DNA of 55,711 bases, taken from the IMG/VR virus record IMGVR_UViG_3300046822_000225, positions 1-55,711 of that record; one strand, given 5' to 3'. Under the pieces are notes generated by a model, which did not search any database, was not told the DNA's origin, and saw only the letters and a program-made list of their open reading frames with translations. Position numbers and translations under genes: made by a program. Of this stretch, positions 40,198 to 49,155 are shown one piece after another (position 1 is the first letter of the stretch; each line of letters starts with the position of its first letter). The stretch comes from a virus (taxonomy: Duplodnaviria > Caudoviricetes).

Positions 40198-40694
40198 ACG
40201 CGCACAACGTCAACCGCGACGAGCTGCCGGTGGTCCCTGGCGAGGTAGTCGGATGGCGGGCCTGGATCGTCGTCACCGCCGGCCACCGGGAGCCGCGGCT
40301 GCGGTCGCTGTACTACGGCGTGATCTGGCCGACCGACGACTGGCTGCTCGCAGCCGACGGAGAGCACCGCGGCTACGACCCGCACGGCATCTGCGCGGCC
40401 CGCGACCGGCAGCACCTGGTCGAGATGCACCGCTACGGCTCCAGCGCACATCCGCGCTACGTCGAAGGCGGCGGCGAGCGCCGCGGCATCGCCGCTATCG
40501 GCGCCGTCGGGCTCGCCGGCCTGGTCATCCCAGGGGACCGCGGTTACCGCGCCGAGAAGGCCAGGCCCCTGAGCATCCTGCTGCCCTACGCCGCCTGGGA
40601 ACTCGTCGAGCCACTTCGCCGCGCCTACCGGGTGCCCGTCGGGCTCTCGAACGTGCTGGTCAACGCAGGAGGGCACTGTGGACATCGGTCCTGA
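40194..40694 (+). CDS. Conserved hypothetical protein
   Basis: GWRAW..LRSL..GI.A..IGAV.L.G.VI....GYRAE pattern. Confidence 0.7.
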   Translation: MNAHNVNRDELPVVPGEVVGWRAWIVVTAGHREPRLRSLYYGVIWPTDDWLLAADGEHRGYDPHGICAARDRQHLVEMHRYGSSAHPRYVEGGGERRGIAAIGAVGLAGLVIPGDRGYRAEKARPLSILLPYAAWELVEPLRRAYRVPVGLSNVLVNAGGHCGHRS

Positions 40695-40818
40695 GCAGCC
40701 CCCGTTCATCGCCGAGCCGCTCCGGGACCCGTTCCGGTCGGCGCCCGAGCCGGAGCCCGAGCCCGCCGCGCCGGAGCCCGAGCCAATCCACCAGCCCGCC
40801 GAGCCCACCCGCGCGTGA
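40678..40818 (+). CDS. Short Pro/Glu-rich peptide (MDIGPEQ...PEPEP)
   Basis: RBS AGGAGG, GTG 40678, stop overlaps next GTG; below ORF-track cutoff. Confidence 0.6.
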   Translation: MDIGPEQPPFIAEPLRDPFRSAPEPEPEPAAPEPEPIHQPAEPTRA

Positions 40819-41099
40819 GCTCGACAGCAGACACCTTGGTGGGCGAGGGAATCGCGTCGGAGCCGCGGCCGCGCCCACGCGCGGCTAACGGCTCATTCAC
40901 TCGAGCGGACGCGCCCTCGCCCACCAAGACGGGCCGCGGCGGCTTCACCGGCAGCCCGATCACCGCCTGGTGCTCGCGCTGCCAGGACCACGCGGTGCCG
41001 ATGCGCGACGGCACTGCGGCTTCTGCGGCCGCGCGATCAGCAATCACGCCCCCCCCCGACAGCACAAAGGAGAAGCGCTCGTGTCCAAGCCAGCCATAG
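40815..41099 (+). pseudogene. Zinc-ribbon gene with apparent frameshift
   Basis: CSRC and CGFC lie in different frames, break near 41013. Confidence 0.5.
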
Positions 41100-41989
41100 C
41101 TGACCGCCCGCCCGCGGTCGAGACCCCGGCGACGGCGATCCGCGCGCGCCTCGTGACGATCACGCCGCAGCTCGCCGAGAAGTGGCTGAGCAAGAACACG
41201 CACAACCGCAACGTCGTCAACTCGCGCGTCAACCAGTACGCCGCCGACATGCGCCGCGGCGAGTGGCGAGTCAACGGCGAGACCATCAAGCTGGCAGTCG
41301 ACGGGACGATCCTCGACGGCCAGCACCGCCTCATGGCCGTGCTCGAGGCTGGCATCGAGATCCAGAGCCTGGTGATCTCGGGCCTCGAGGCACAGGCACA
41401 AGAGACGATGGACCAAGGACGCGCGCGCACGCTGTCTGACGTCTTCAAGCTCCGTGGCGAGAAGTACTGGGGTCCGCTGGCGACAGCGACGCGGATGCTG
41501 GCGATCTACGAGCTCTACGGCCAGCTGCTGCAGCCGCCATACGAGCCGACGCCGAGCATCCAGCAGGCCGGCCGCTCGCTGGATCGCAACCCGGAGCTGC
41601 GCTCGAGCGTCGCGTTCGTCTTCGGCCTACGCCGTAGCTGGATGCCGTCCAGCCACCTTGGCGCGCTGCACTTCCTGCTCGCCAGCGTCGACGCGGACGC
41701 CGCCGACGACTTCGTCACCAAGCTGAGCACCGGCGAAGACCTGCAGCGCGGCCACGCGATCTACGCGCTGCGCGAGCAGCTGATGCAGGTGCACATGGAG
41801 CGCACGCCGCTCGGCCAGCGCATGCAGCTGGCGCTCATCGTCAAGGCGTGGAATGCGTATCTGGCCGGCGACCACGTCGCGCGGCTGCGCTGGACGCCGG
41901 GCGGCCCGCAACCTGAGGTGTTTCCCACCATCAGCGGCCTGGCGACGGCCGGCGACGGCGACGACCGCAATGGACCCACTGCGTCATGA
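41081..41989 (+). CDS. ParB-N-like (DGQHR) protein
   Basis: ITP..A..WL..N..NR..Y..DM..G.W..LDGQHRL.A; RBS AAAGGAG. Confidence 0.85.
   Translation: MSKPAIADRPPAVETPATAIRARLVTITPQLAEKWLSKNTHNRNVVNSRVNQYAADMRRGEWRVNGETIKLAVDGTILDGQHRLMAVLEAGIEIQSLVISGLEAQAQETMDQGRARTLSDVFKLRGEKYWGPLATATRMLAIYELYGQLLQPPYEPTPSIQQAGRSLDRNPELRSSVAFVFGLRRSWMPSSHLGALHFLLASVDADAADDFVTKLSTGEDLQRGHAIYALREQLMQVHMERTPLGQRMQLALIVKAWNAYLAGDHVARLRWTPGGPQPEVFPTISGLATAGDGDDRNGPTAS
41963..41986 (+). repeat. 24-bp junction element, copy 4
   Basis: GACCGCAATGGACCCACTGCGTCA; last A begins the ATGA stop/start. Confidence 0.9.
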
Positions 41990-43033
41990 CCGATCTCGAC
42001 ATCGACCTCACGATCGTCATCCCCAACAAGCTCGACGCGTGCCGCCGGCTGGGCGTCGACCCAGACGTGCTGTTCGGCGTGAGCGCCGGGCTGCGCGGCC
42101 AGCTGGAGGAGCGTTACGGGCGCCGTCACGCCGTCTCACCGGTCCAGCGCGCCAACGCTGTCGCCGCCGACCTCGTTCTGCTCGGCATGACGATTCAAGA
42201 CGAGGGGCTGCTGTGCCCGCCACCGCCGACCGCGGACGAGGAGCGGGATGTCGCACGACACGTCGCCGACGACGACCACGGACCGTTCGACCCGGAAGAT
42301 CTCGTGAGCTGGGCCGAGACTTATGGACACCCCGAGGGCTGGGCGAAGCGCGCCCAGGCCGCGCACGCGCGCGCCGAGCGCCTCCAGGAGGAACTTCGAG
42401 CCGCCCGTGACGCCGCGCCCCAGGCACCCGGAGCCGGCACGTGACGCCGCAGGACTACACCCGGGTGATCACGCACGCGCACGCGATCCGGATGTTCGCC
42501 CGCGAGGTCGACGGCGTCGACGAGGCGCTCGAGCTGATCGAGCGCGCCGAGACCGTCGGCCCGATCCTTGACGCCACGCTCTACCAGCAGCGCTCCGGCG
42601 CGATGCGCGAGGACCGCGACACCTTGCGAGCGGTGCGCGCGCTCGCGCAACTGGGAGCGCGCACATGACCGCCGCCTCGATCACGCGCGCCTCGGACCTG
42701 ACCAAGCTGACGCTCGTCGTGCTGCGCGCGGTCCATGAGGTAGGCACGCCTACCGCTTCGCGCGACGCGATCCGCCAGATCGTTCCGTGCAGCGACGCCG
42801 GCCTCACGCGCGCGCTGAACACCCTGCGCCGCCACGGGCTCGTCGAGCTCGGCGCCTGGCCCGCGCTGCTGAACCTCGTCACGCGCGCCGGCCACCAGGT
42901 GCTCGACGAGCACTACCACCGGTCGCCGCGCTGCCGCGCCTGCGGATGCACCCAGAACGTCGCCTGCGATGGCGGGTGCTCCTGGGCTGAGCCCGATCTG
43001 TGCAGCAGCTGCGCGACGGAGGTGCTCTTCTGA
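41986..43033 (+). other. Three hypothetical ORFs (41986-42444, 42441-42668, 42665-43033; the last has a wHTH plus Cys-rich CRACGCT..AC..GCSW..LCS.C domain)
   Basis: Translational coupling and motifs. Confidence 0.65.
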
Positions 43034-45093
43034 TGCAGACGTCTCTGTTCAGCGCGGGACTACAGCGCGCCGGCACCCCCGTGATCGCGAGTGCGTCGTG
43101 CTGGTACTGCTGCGGCATCGGCGTGCTCGAGGCGACCGACATGTTCTGCGGCGCCGGCGGCAGCTCGCTGGGCCTTGAGTTCGTGTGCTGCCCGGCCTGC
43201 GGCCGGCAGCTGATCACGATCACGCAGGCGATCAACCACTGGGATCTCGCTGTCGAGGCGCACAACGCGAACTTCCCCAACGCCGATCACGACGTCCACG
43301 ACGTCCATGAGATCCCGGCCAAGCGCTTCCGGCGCACGCCGGTGTTCTGGGCCAGCCCGGAGTGCGTGAACCACACCAGCTGCAAGGGCAAGCGCGACGA
43401 CAGCCCCGAGGCGCAGCGATCGCGCGCGACGTTCACGGACATCGTCAGGTTCACGGCCTATCACCGCTATGACGCGGTGATCGTCGAGAACGTCGTCGAG
43501 GCCAGATTGTGGTGCGAGCACGAGGACTGCGCGTGCGGCGGCGAGTTCGACGCGTGGTATCAGGCGATGCTCGACGAGGGCTACGTCGGGCAGATCGCCT
43601 ACTTCAACAGCCAGTTCGCGTTGCCGACGCCACAGAGCCGCGACCGCATGTACGTCGTCTTCAGCCGCGTCGGCGCGCGGCTGCCGAACGTCGACTTCCG
43701 GCCGATGTCGTGGTGCTCGTCGTGCACCCAGGTCGTGCATGGCATCCAGACGTGGAAGCCGGCGTCCAAGGGCTCCGCGCGCGAGCGGATCTTCGAGTGG
43801 GGCCGCTACGGCCCGCAGTACCTGTACCGCTGCCCCAACGATGGCTGCGCGGCCGCGGTCGCGCCGGCGGTGATCGGCGCTAGGTCGATCATCAACTTCG
43901 GCCTGCCGATCGAGCGGATCGCTGACAAGCCGCCGACGCTGTGCCGGTCGTGCGGCAAGCGTCACCCGGTCGCGTGCAACACGCGCCGGCGCATCCGAGT
44001 CGGCATACAGAACGTCGGGTCCCGGGTGCCCGTCGCGGTGCAGGTCGGCGGCAACCTGTTCGAGCGCGCCGGCAAGGCGCGGGTGTGGTCGCTGGAGGAT
44101 CCGCTGCGCACCATCACCGGCACGTCGTGCATGGCCTTGGTCACGCCGATGCGCGACGGCAGCGTGCCGGCGAGCGCGGCCCAGCCGACGCCGACCGTCA
44201 CCGGCCGCTCGCAGCTGGGGCTCGTCACGCCCGCCGGCGGGCAGGACGCGGCCGCGCGCAGCATCGACGACGCGATGCACACGGTCCTCGGCAGCGAGCG
44301 TCTCGCGGTCGTGCTGCGCACGGGTGGGCAGGCAGCGGCGGAGCGTGATGCTGCCGAGCCGCTGAACACGGTCACCTCACATGACCGCCAGATCGGCCTG
44401 GTCATGCAGAACATGGAGCACAACCTCCCGCGCGACGTCGACGAGCCGAGCCCGCCGGTCACGACACGCGGCAACCACATGCTGGTGCAGGTCAACCGCG
44501 GCGACGGCAAGGACCGCAAGCGCGCCGGCCGGCGCGCATGGGACGTCGACGAGCCCACGCCGACGATCGCGGGGCATGGCGAGCTCGGTCTCGTCGAGTT
44601 CCGTGGTCAGCACGGCACCATCCGCGAAGGCGACGCGCCGATGCACACCGTCACCGCGCAGGGCACCCACCACGGCATGCTCGTCTACAACGGCGTGCCC
44701 GGCTTCGTGCGCGACCTACAAGATGCCGCCGGGACGATCACCGGCCGCGACAAGCAGAGCCTGCTGGTGCCGTACTTCCGCACCGGCGTCGCGCGCGGCA
44801 CCGACGAACCACTCGGGACCGTCACATCACACGACCGCGAAGCCCTCGTCATCACCGACGCCGACGTCGACGAGATGTTCCTGCGGATGCTGCAGTGGGA
44901 GGAGCTGCTGCGCGCGCAGGTCATGGACCTGCACCCCGACGGCACGCCCTACCAGCTGACCGCGAGCCGGCGCAACAAGCGCGGCAAGATGGTCGAGCTG
45001 AGCAACGAGCTGCGCACGAAGATGATCGGGAACGCCGTCAGCTGCCCGGTCGCGACGATGCTCGGCGCGGCTGTCATGGAGTCGCTGCGATGA
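43033..45093 (+). CDS. DNA (cytosine-5)-methyltransferase with long repeated variable region
   Basis: FCGAGG, SPEC, ENV, PQSRDR, GNAV motifs. Confidence 0.92.
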   Translation: MQTSLFSAGLQRAGTPVIASASCWYCCGIGVLEATDMFCGAGGSSLGLEFVCCPACGRQLITITQAINHWDLAVEAHNANFPNADHDVHDVHEIPAKRFRRTPVFWASPECVNHTSCKGKRDDSPEAQRSRATFTDIVRFTAYHRYDAVIVENVVEARLWCEHEDCACGGEFDAWYQAMLDEGYVGQIAYFNSQFALPTPQSRDRMYVVFSRVGARLPNVDFRPMSWCSSCTQVVHGIQTWKPASKGSARERIFEWGRYGPQYLYRCPNDGCAAAVAPAVIGARSIINFGLPIERIADKPPTLCRSCGKRHPVACNTRRRIRVGIQNVGSRVPVAVQVGGNLFERAGKARVWSLEDPLRTITGTSCMALVTPMRDGSVPASAAQPTPTVTGRSQLGLVTPAGGQDAAARSIDDAMHTVLGSERLAVVLRTGGQAAAERDAAEPLNTVTSHDRQIGLVMQNMEHNLPRDVDEPSPPVTTRGNHMLVQVNRGDGKDRKRAGRRAWDVDEPTPTIAGHGELGLVEFRGQHGTIREGDAPMHTVTAQGTHHGMLVYNGVPGFVRDLQDAAGTITGRDKQSLLVPYFRTGVARGTDEPLGTVTSHDREALVITDADVDEMFLRMLQWEELLRAQVMDLHPDGTPYQLTASRRNKRGKMVELSNELRTKMIGNAVSCPVATMLGAAVMESLR

Positions 45094-45157
45094 CCGGCGC
45101 CGCGCGCCGCCGGCGCTCCTATGGCGAGCGGACAGCGCCGGCGGCAGCGGCGCCTGT

Positions 45158-45415
45158 TCAGGAGGCCCTCTTCACGTGATCGGGCTCTGCGCTCAGCACG
45201 AGATCGATCCTTCTCGCGGCGTGCCTGCGCCAGGTCGTGCCGTCGGCGTCCACGATCCAGTCGCGCACACCGCCGTCGAGCATCGGCTGCACGCGAACGG
45301 CGCCGTCGTCGAAACCCCACACCATCAGCCGCCCGACCTCCTGGGCCGCGAGCCGGCACACGGCCAGCCACTGCAGCGGCGCGAGAGGATGGCCCGCATA
45401 GCTGACGGCTTCCAT
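45158..45415 (-). CDS. Hypothetical antisense protein between the methyltransferases
   Basis: Protein-like composition (MEAVSY..MVWGFDDGAVRV..DWIVDADGTTW); + frames look less protein-like. Confidence 0.5.
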   Translation of the reverse strand: MEAVSYAGHPLAPLQWLAVCRLAAQEVGRLMVWGFDDGAVRVQPMLDGGVRDWIVDADGTTWRRHAARRIDLVLSAEPDHVKRAS

Positions 45416-45441
45416 GGCACGCGAGCCTACGGCGGGCGGAC

Positions 45442-46416
45442 ATGACGACCGGCGCGTTCCCGACCGCCGCGCCGTTCGCGTGGTACGGCGGCAAGCAGCG
45501 CATGGCGCCGGCGATCGTGAACCTGCTGCCGCCACACCGCACCTACGTGGAGGCGTTCGGCGGGGCCGCGGCAGTCCTGTGCGCGAAGCGGCCGGCGGTC
45601 CTCGAGGTCTACAACGACGTCGACGCCGGCCTCGTCACGTTCTTCCGGGTCCTGCGCGATCGCCCCGAGGAGCTGGAGCGCGCATTGCGCTTGACGCCCT
45701 ACGCCCGCGACGAGTTCGCGCAGTGCGTCCAGACCTGGGAGGCGATCGAGGATGACCTCGAGCGCGCGCGCCGCTGGTACGTCCGCTGTCGCCAGGCGTT
45801 CGCCGGGTCGGCGGCGACGGTCGGCTGGGGCTATGAGATCAGCGGAGTCCAGCGCGCGGGCACGCGGGCGTCGTCGTTCGCGACCTCGGTAGAGCAGCTG
45901 GAGCGCTTCGCCGAGCGCTTCCGTCGCGTGCAGATAGACCAACTCGGCTGGGAGGCCGTGCTCGAGCGCTACGACGGCCCTCAGACCTGCTGGTACCTCG
46001 ATCCGCCGTATCACCCGGCGACGCGTGGCGAGCGCGGATTGCGTCGCAACGCGGCCTACGTGCACGAGCTGGACGCCGCGGGCCATGACGACCTTGTCGC
46101 GGCCGCGATCGCCCTCAAGGGGTCGGTCGTCATCTCCGGCTACGACCACGAGTCCTACCGCCCGCTGGTTGACGCCGGCTTCGAGCGGTTCACGTTCGCC
46201 CACAACGCGTCGGCGTCGCGGGTGTTCAGCGGCCGCGGCGTGCGCACGGAGGTTGTTTGGCGCCGGCTTGAGGCGGGCGTGCACCACATCTCGCGCTTGT
46301 GGTCTGACGACGAGGCCTCCCTTGCGTCGGACGTAGACGACGGTCAGATCCCAGGCCAGCTCACGGTCGAGCAGGTCCTCGCCGACCACGACCGCAAGGG
46401 AGCCCCTGCGTCATGA
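45442..46416 (+). CDS. dam: Dam-family (D12) DNA adenine methyltransferase
   Basis: WYGGK, YVEAFGG, YNDVD, YLDPPY, ISGY. Confidence 0.93.
   Translation: MTTGAFPTAAPFAWYGGKQRMAPAIVNLLPPHRTYVEAFGGAAAVLCAKRPAVLEVYNDVDAGLVTFFRVLRDRPEELERALRLTPYARDEFAQCVQTWEAIEDDLERARRWYVRCRQAFAGSAATVGWGYEISGVQRAGTRASSFATSVEQLERFAERFRRVQIDQLGWEAVLERYDGPQTCWYLDPPYHPATRGERGLRRNAAYVHELDAAGHDDLVAAAIALKGSVVISGYDHESYRPLVDAGFERFTFAHNASASRVFSGRGVRTEVVWRRLEAGVHHISRLWSDDEASLASDVDDGQIPGQLTVEQVLADHDRKGAPAS
46390..46413 (+). repeat. 24-bp junction element, copy 5
   Basis: GACCGCAAGGGAGCCCCTGCGTCA; last A begins the ATGA stop/start. Confidence 0.9.
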
Positions 46417-47394
46417 CCGGCCTCGCCGCCATCGCGCATCTCGGAGACCTACCTTCGTGGCTGACCTGGGGACAGGCCGCATGGACAGCGGGCGACGCCA
46501 CACCCCTGGAGGCCATCTGGTTCACGGTGGCCTGCTACTGCTGGTGTGGTTGCGTACTCGGCCTGCTCGGCTGGTTGATCGCAGCCGAGGAGCCCGGCGA
46601 GGAGACCCTCGTCATCGTCTTCGTCGGAGCGTTCGTTGGCCTGATGTGGCCGATCGTTCTGGGCGCCGGGATGCTCGCGGCGATCGGTTACGCGATCGTC
46701 GTGCCGCCGCGGGCCGCTCTGGCGCGCCATCGTCGCTCTGTTGGTGCGGCTCGCGCGGCGGCTGACGCGCGCCGCGACCGGATCGCGGAGCTTGAGCGCG
46801 ACCTGGAGATCACATGATGGCGGCCTCGACGATGGGCGGGGAGCGCATCCTGAAGCAGATCCGCGACGGTCTGGTCTCGGAGCTCTCCTGGTTTCAGCGC
46901 CGCAACCTCCTTGACGGCTCGCCGCCGGCGCCGCTGCGCGAGGCGCAGATCCCGGACAGAGATCGGCTGGAGGAGTACGCCACGGCGGTCGCCGTGGTTT
47001 GCGACCTGACCGAGTCGATCCTGAACCTGGAGCAGGCGATCGCGCTCGTCCCGGCGACAGACGATGGCCTGCAGCTCGCGATCGATCGCGCGCTCAGCAT
47101 CCTGGGTGACTCCGAGTGGCTTGACGGCCGCTCGACGGTCGGCACGCGCGCGATCCGCGATGTTCTCGCGCCGTTCGCGTCGAGGCCGTCATGAGCGCGC
47201 TCGTCTGCCCGACGTGCGGTGTGCGCTGGCGGATCGTTGTCGGCACCGACGACATGCAGCGCGCCTGCCCGCTGCACGCGCCCGCAGGCGACCCGCCGGC
47301 GCCGCGCGTTCGCGGCGCCGGCCTGCCTGACCTGCAGCCGCAGATCGCGCACGCTCGCCGCCGCACGGCCACCGAGCAGACAGGCTCGGCATGA
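46413..47394 (+). other. Three small ORFs (46413-46817 membrane protein, 46814-47194, 47191-47394)
   Basis: ATGA overlaps; TM helices in the first. Confidence 0.6.
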
Positions 47395-47771
47395 CGACGG
47401 CCACGCGCGACGCGCCGGTTCAGGCGCCCGACCGCTCGCTGCAGCAGCGCCGGGCCGCGCTGCGCAAGGCCAACGACATACGGGTTGCGCGCGCCGCACT
47501 GAAGCGCAAGCTCAACCACACACGCCGGCCCGATGCGCTGCGCGAGGTCGCGGCGCACATCCTGCAGCCCGACGACACGCTGCTCACGATGAAGGTCGCG
47601 GACCTCCTGATGGCATGCCCATCGGTCGGCGCCTACAGGGTGCATCAGGTCCTGACCAGGGGCCGGATCAGCCCCAACAAGACGATCGGCGGTCTCGCCG
47701 ACGCGCAGCGCAAGTGGCTGGCGTTCGCGCTGTCTCAGATCGCCGGCCGCAGGACGATCGGCTTGCGATGA
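47391..47771 (+). CDS. mihF: Actinobacterial-type integration host factor homologue
   Basis: QR.AAL.KAN.IR..RA.LK..L, MKV.DLL...P.VG, RISP.KTIGGL...QR match mIHF/sIHF signatures. Confidence 0.85.
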   Translation: MTTATRDAPVQAPDRSLQQRRAALRKANDIRVARAALKRKLNHTRRPDALREVAAHILQPDDTLLTMKVADLLMACPSVGAYRVHQVLTRGRISPNKTIGGLADAQRKWLAFALSQIAGRRTIGLR

Positions 47772-48043
47772 GCGGCGCGCCGCTGACGGTCGCCGCGGCC
47801 GCGCAGCTCGCCGGCGTGCACCCCAAGACGATCCGCCGCGCGATCGATCGTGGTGATCTGCGTGCGATGCGCCCGGGCGGCGGGCGCAAGATCGTGGTCC
47901 TCGAGCCGGACCTGGTCGCGTGGCGTGATCAGCCGGTCGTTCCGCGATCGCGCACGGTCGATGTGTCACCGAGGCCTTCCCGCCGGCCGCCGGAGCGGGG
48001 TAGCCTCGCGGCCCTGCGTGCAATGGAGAGGAGCCGACGGTGA
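47768..48043 (+). CDS. xis: Excisionase (HTH_17-like)
   Basis: LTVAAAAQLAGVHPKTIRRAIDRGDLRA; directly upstream of the integrase. Confidence 0.85.
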   Translation: MSGAPLTVAAAAQLAGVHPKTIRRAIDRGDLRAMRPGGGRKIVVLEPDLVAWRDQPVVPRSRTVDVSPRPSRRPPERGSLAALRAMERSRR

Positions 48044-49155
48044 GCGACGGCCGAAAGTCAAACGGTAAGTGGGTGGACCGCTGGCATGAGGGCACGGTGA
48101 AGCGCCAGCGCACGTTTGACCTCAAACGCGACCGTGACACCTTCCGGCGCGAGCGCATCCGCCGCCAGCAGCTCGGCGACGTCGTGATCGTCGCGCGTGA
48201 CGTCACGCTCGCGGTGTTCGTGGAGGAGTGGTGGCAGGAATACGCGCTCGTCGAGCTCGAGCGCAGCACCCGTGCGACCTACGCGCAGACGTGGGAGAAG
48301 CACCTGCGCGCCCGCGTCGGCGGGTTCGCGCTGCGCCAGCTGGACACCGATGTCGTGCTCGACCTGCGCCAGGCGCTCACGAGCGCCGGCGCCGGCGCGC
48401 CGACGATCGCCAAGTCCCTCGTCGTGTTGCAGAGCATCCTGAGCTTCGCGGTGCTGAAGAAGCGCATCGCATTCAACCCGGTCGCGAGGGTCCGCAAGCC
48501 CTCGATCACACCAAGCCGTCAGGTCGCGCCGATCCCGCCCGCGGTTGTCGAAGACCTCCGCGCGCGCCTGAGCGCGCGTGACGCGATGCTCGTGTCCGTG
48601 CTCGCGTACGCCGGCCTGCGGCCGCAGGAAGCGCTCGCGCTGCACGGCGAGGACATCAGCGACCGCAAGATCTTCGTGCACCGCAAGGTCGTCGACGGCG
48701 AGCTGCTCGGCTACACCAAGACCCGCCGCAACCGCTGGGTGCGGCTGCTCGGCCCGCTCGCGCAGGACCTCGCCGAGTACCGCCTCGCGACAGGCCGCCG
48801 CGACGGGCTGCTGTTCCCGCGCGCGGACGGGGAACCGTGGCGCGCACACGACTGGCGCAACTGGCACCGCCGCATCTACCAGCCGAACGCGGCCGCGGTG
48901 GGTCTGATCGGCGCACGCCCGTACGACCTGCGCGGCTCGTTCGTGTCGCTGCTGATCTGGGAGGGACAGACGATCGTGGAGGTCGCCAGGCAGGCCGGCC
49001 ACAGCGTCGCGACGTCTGACCGGCACTATGCGAGGATGTTCGAGGACTTCGATCCGGACGCCCGGCAGTCGGCCGAAGACGCGATCCGAGCAGCCCGCCA
49101 ACCTGGTGGACGCGGAATGGACGCGCTCTTCGACCTGGAGGTCGGCCGGTCGTGA
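48040..49155 (+). CDS. int: Tyrosine integrase
   Basis: AGLRPQEALAL (R), TKT (K), YDLR, AGHS, HY catalytic residues. Confidence 0.95.
   Translation: MSDGRKSNGKWVDRWHEGTVKRQRTFDLKRDRDTFRRERIRRQQLGDVVIVARDVTLAVFVEEWWQEYALVELERSTRATYAQTWEKHLRARVGGFALRQLDTDVVLDLRQALTSAGAGAPTIAKSLVVLQSILSFAVLKKRIAFNPVARVRKPSITPSRQVAPIPPAVVEDLRARLSARDAMLVSVLAYAGLRPQEALALHGEDISDRKIFVHRKVVDGELLGYTKTRRNRWVRLLGPLAQDLAEYRLATGRRDGLLFPRADGEPWRAHDWRNWHRRIYQPNAAAVGLIGARPYDLRGSFVSLLIWEGQTIVEVARQAGHSVATSDRHYARMFEDFDPDARQSAEDAIRAARQPGGRGMDALFDLEVGRS

Noticed and set aside
36489-46413. CRISPR repeats or canonical integron attC sites
   Set aside because: Spacing is kilobases; no RYYYAAC/GTTRRRY ends; the integrase looks like a phage Int with Xis and a tRNA att.
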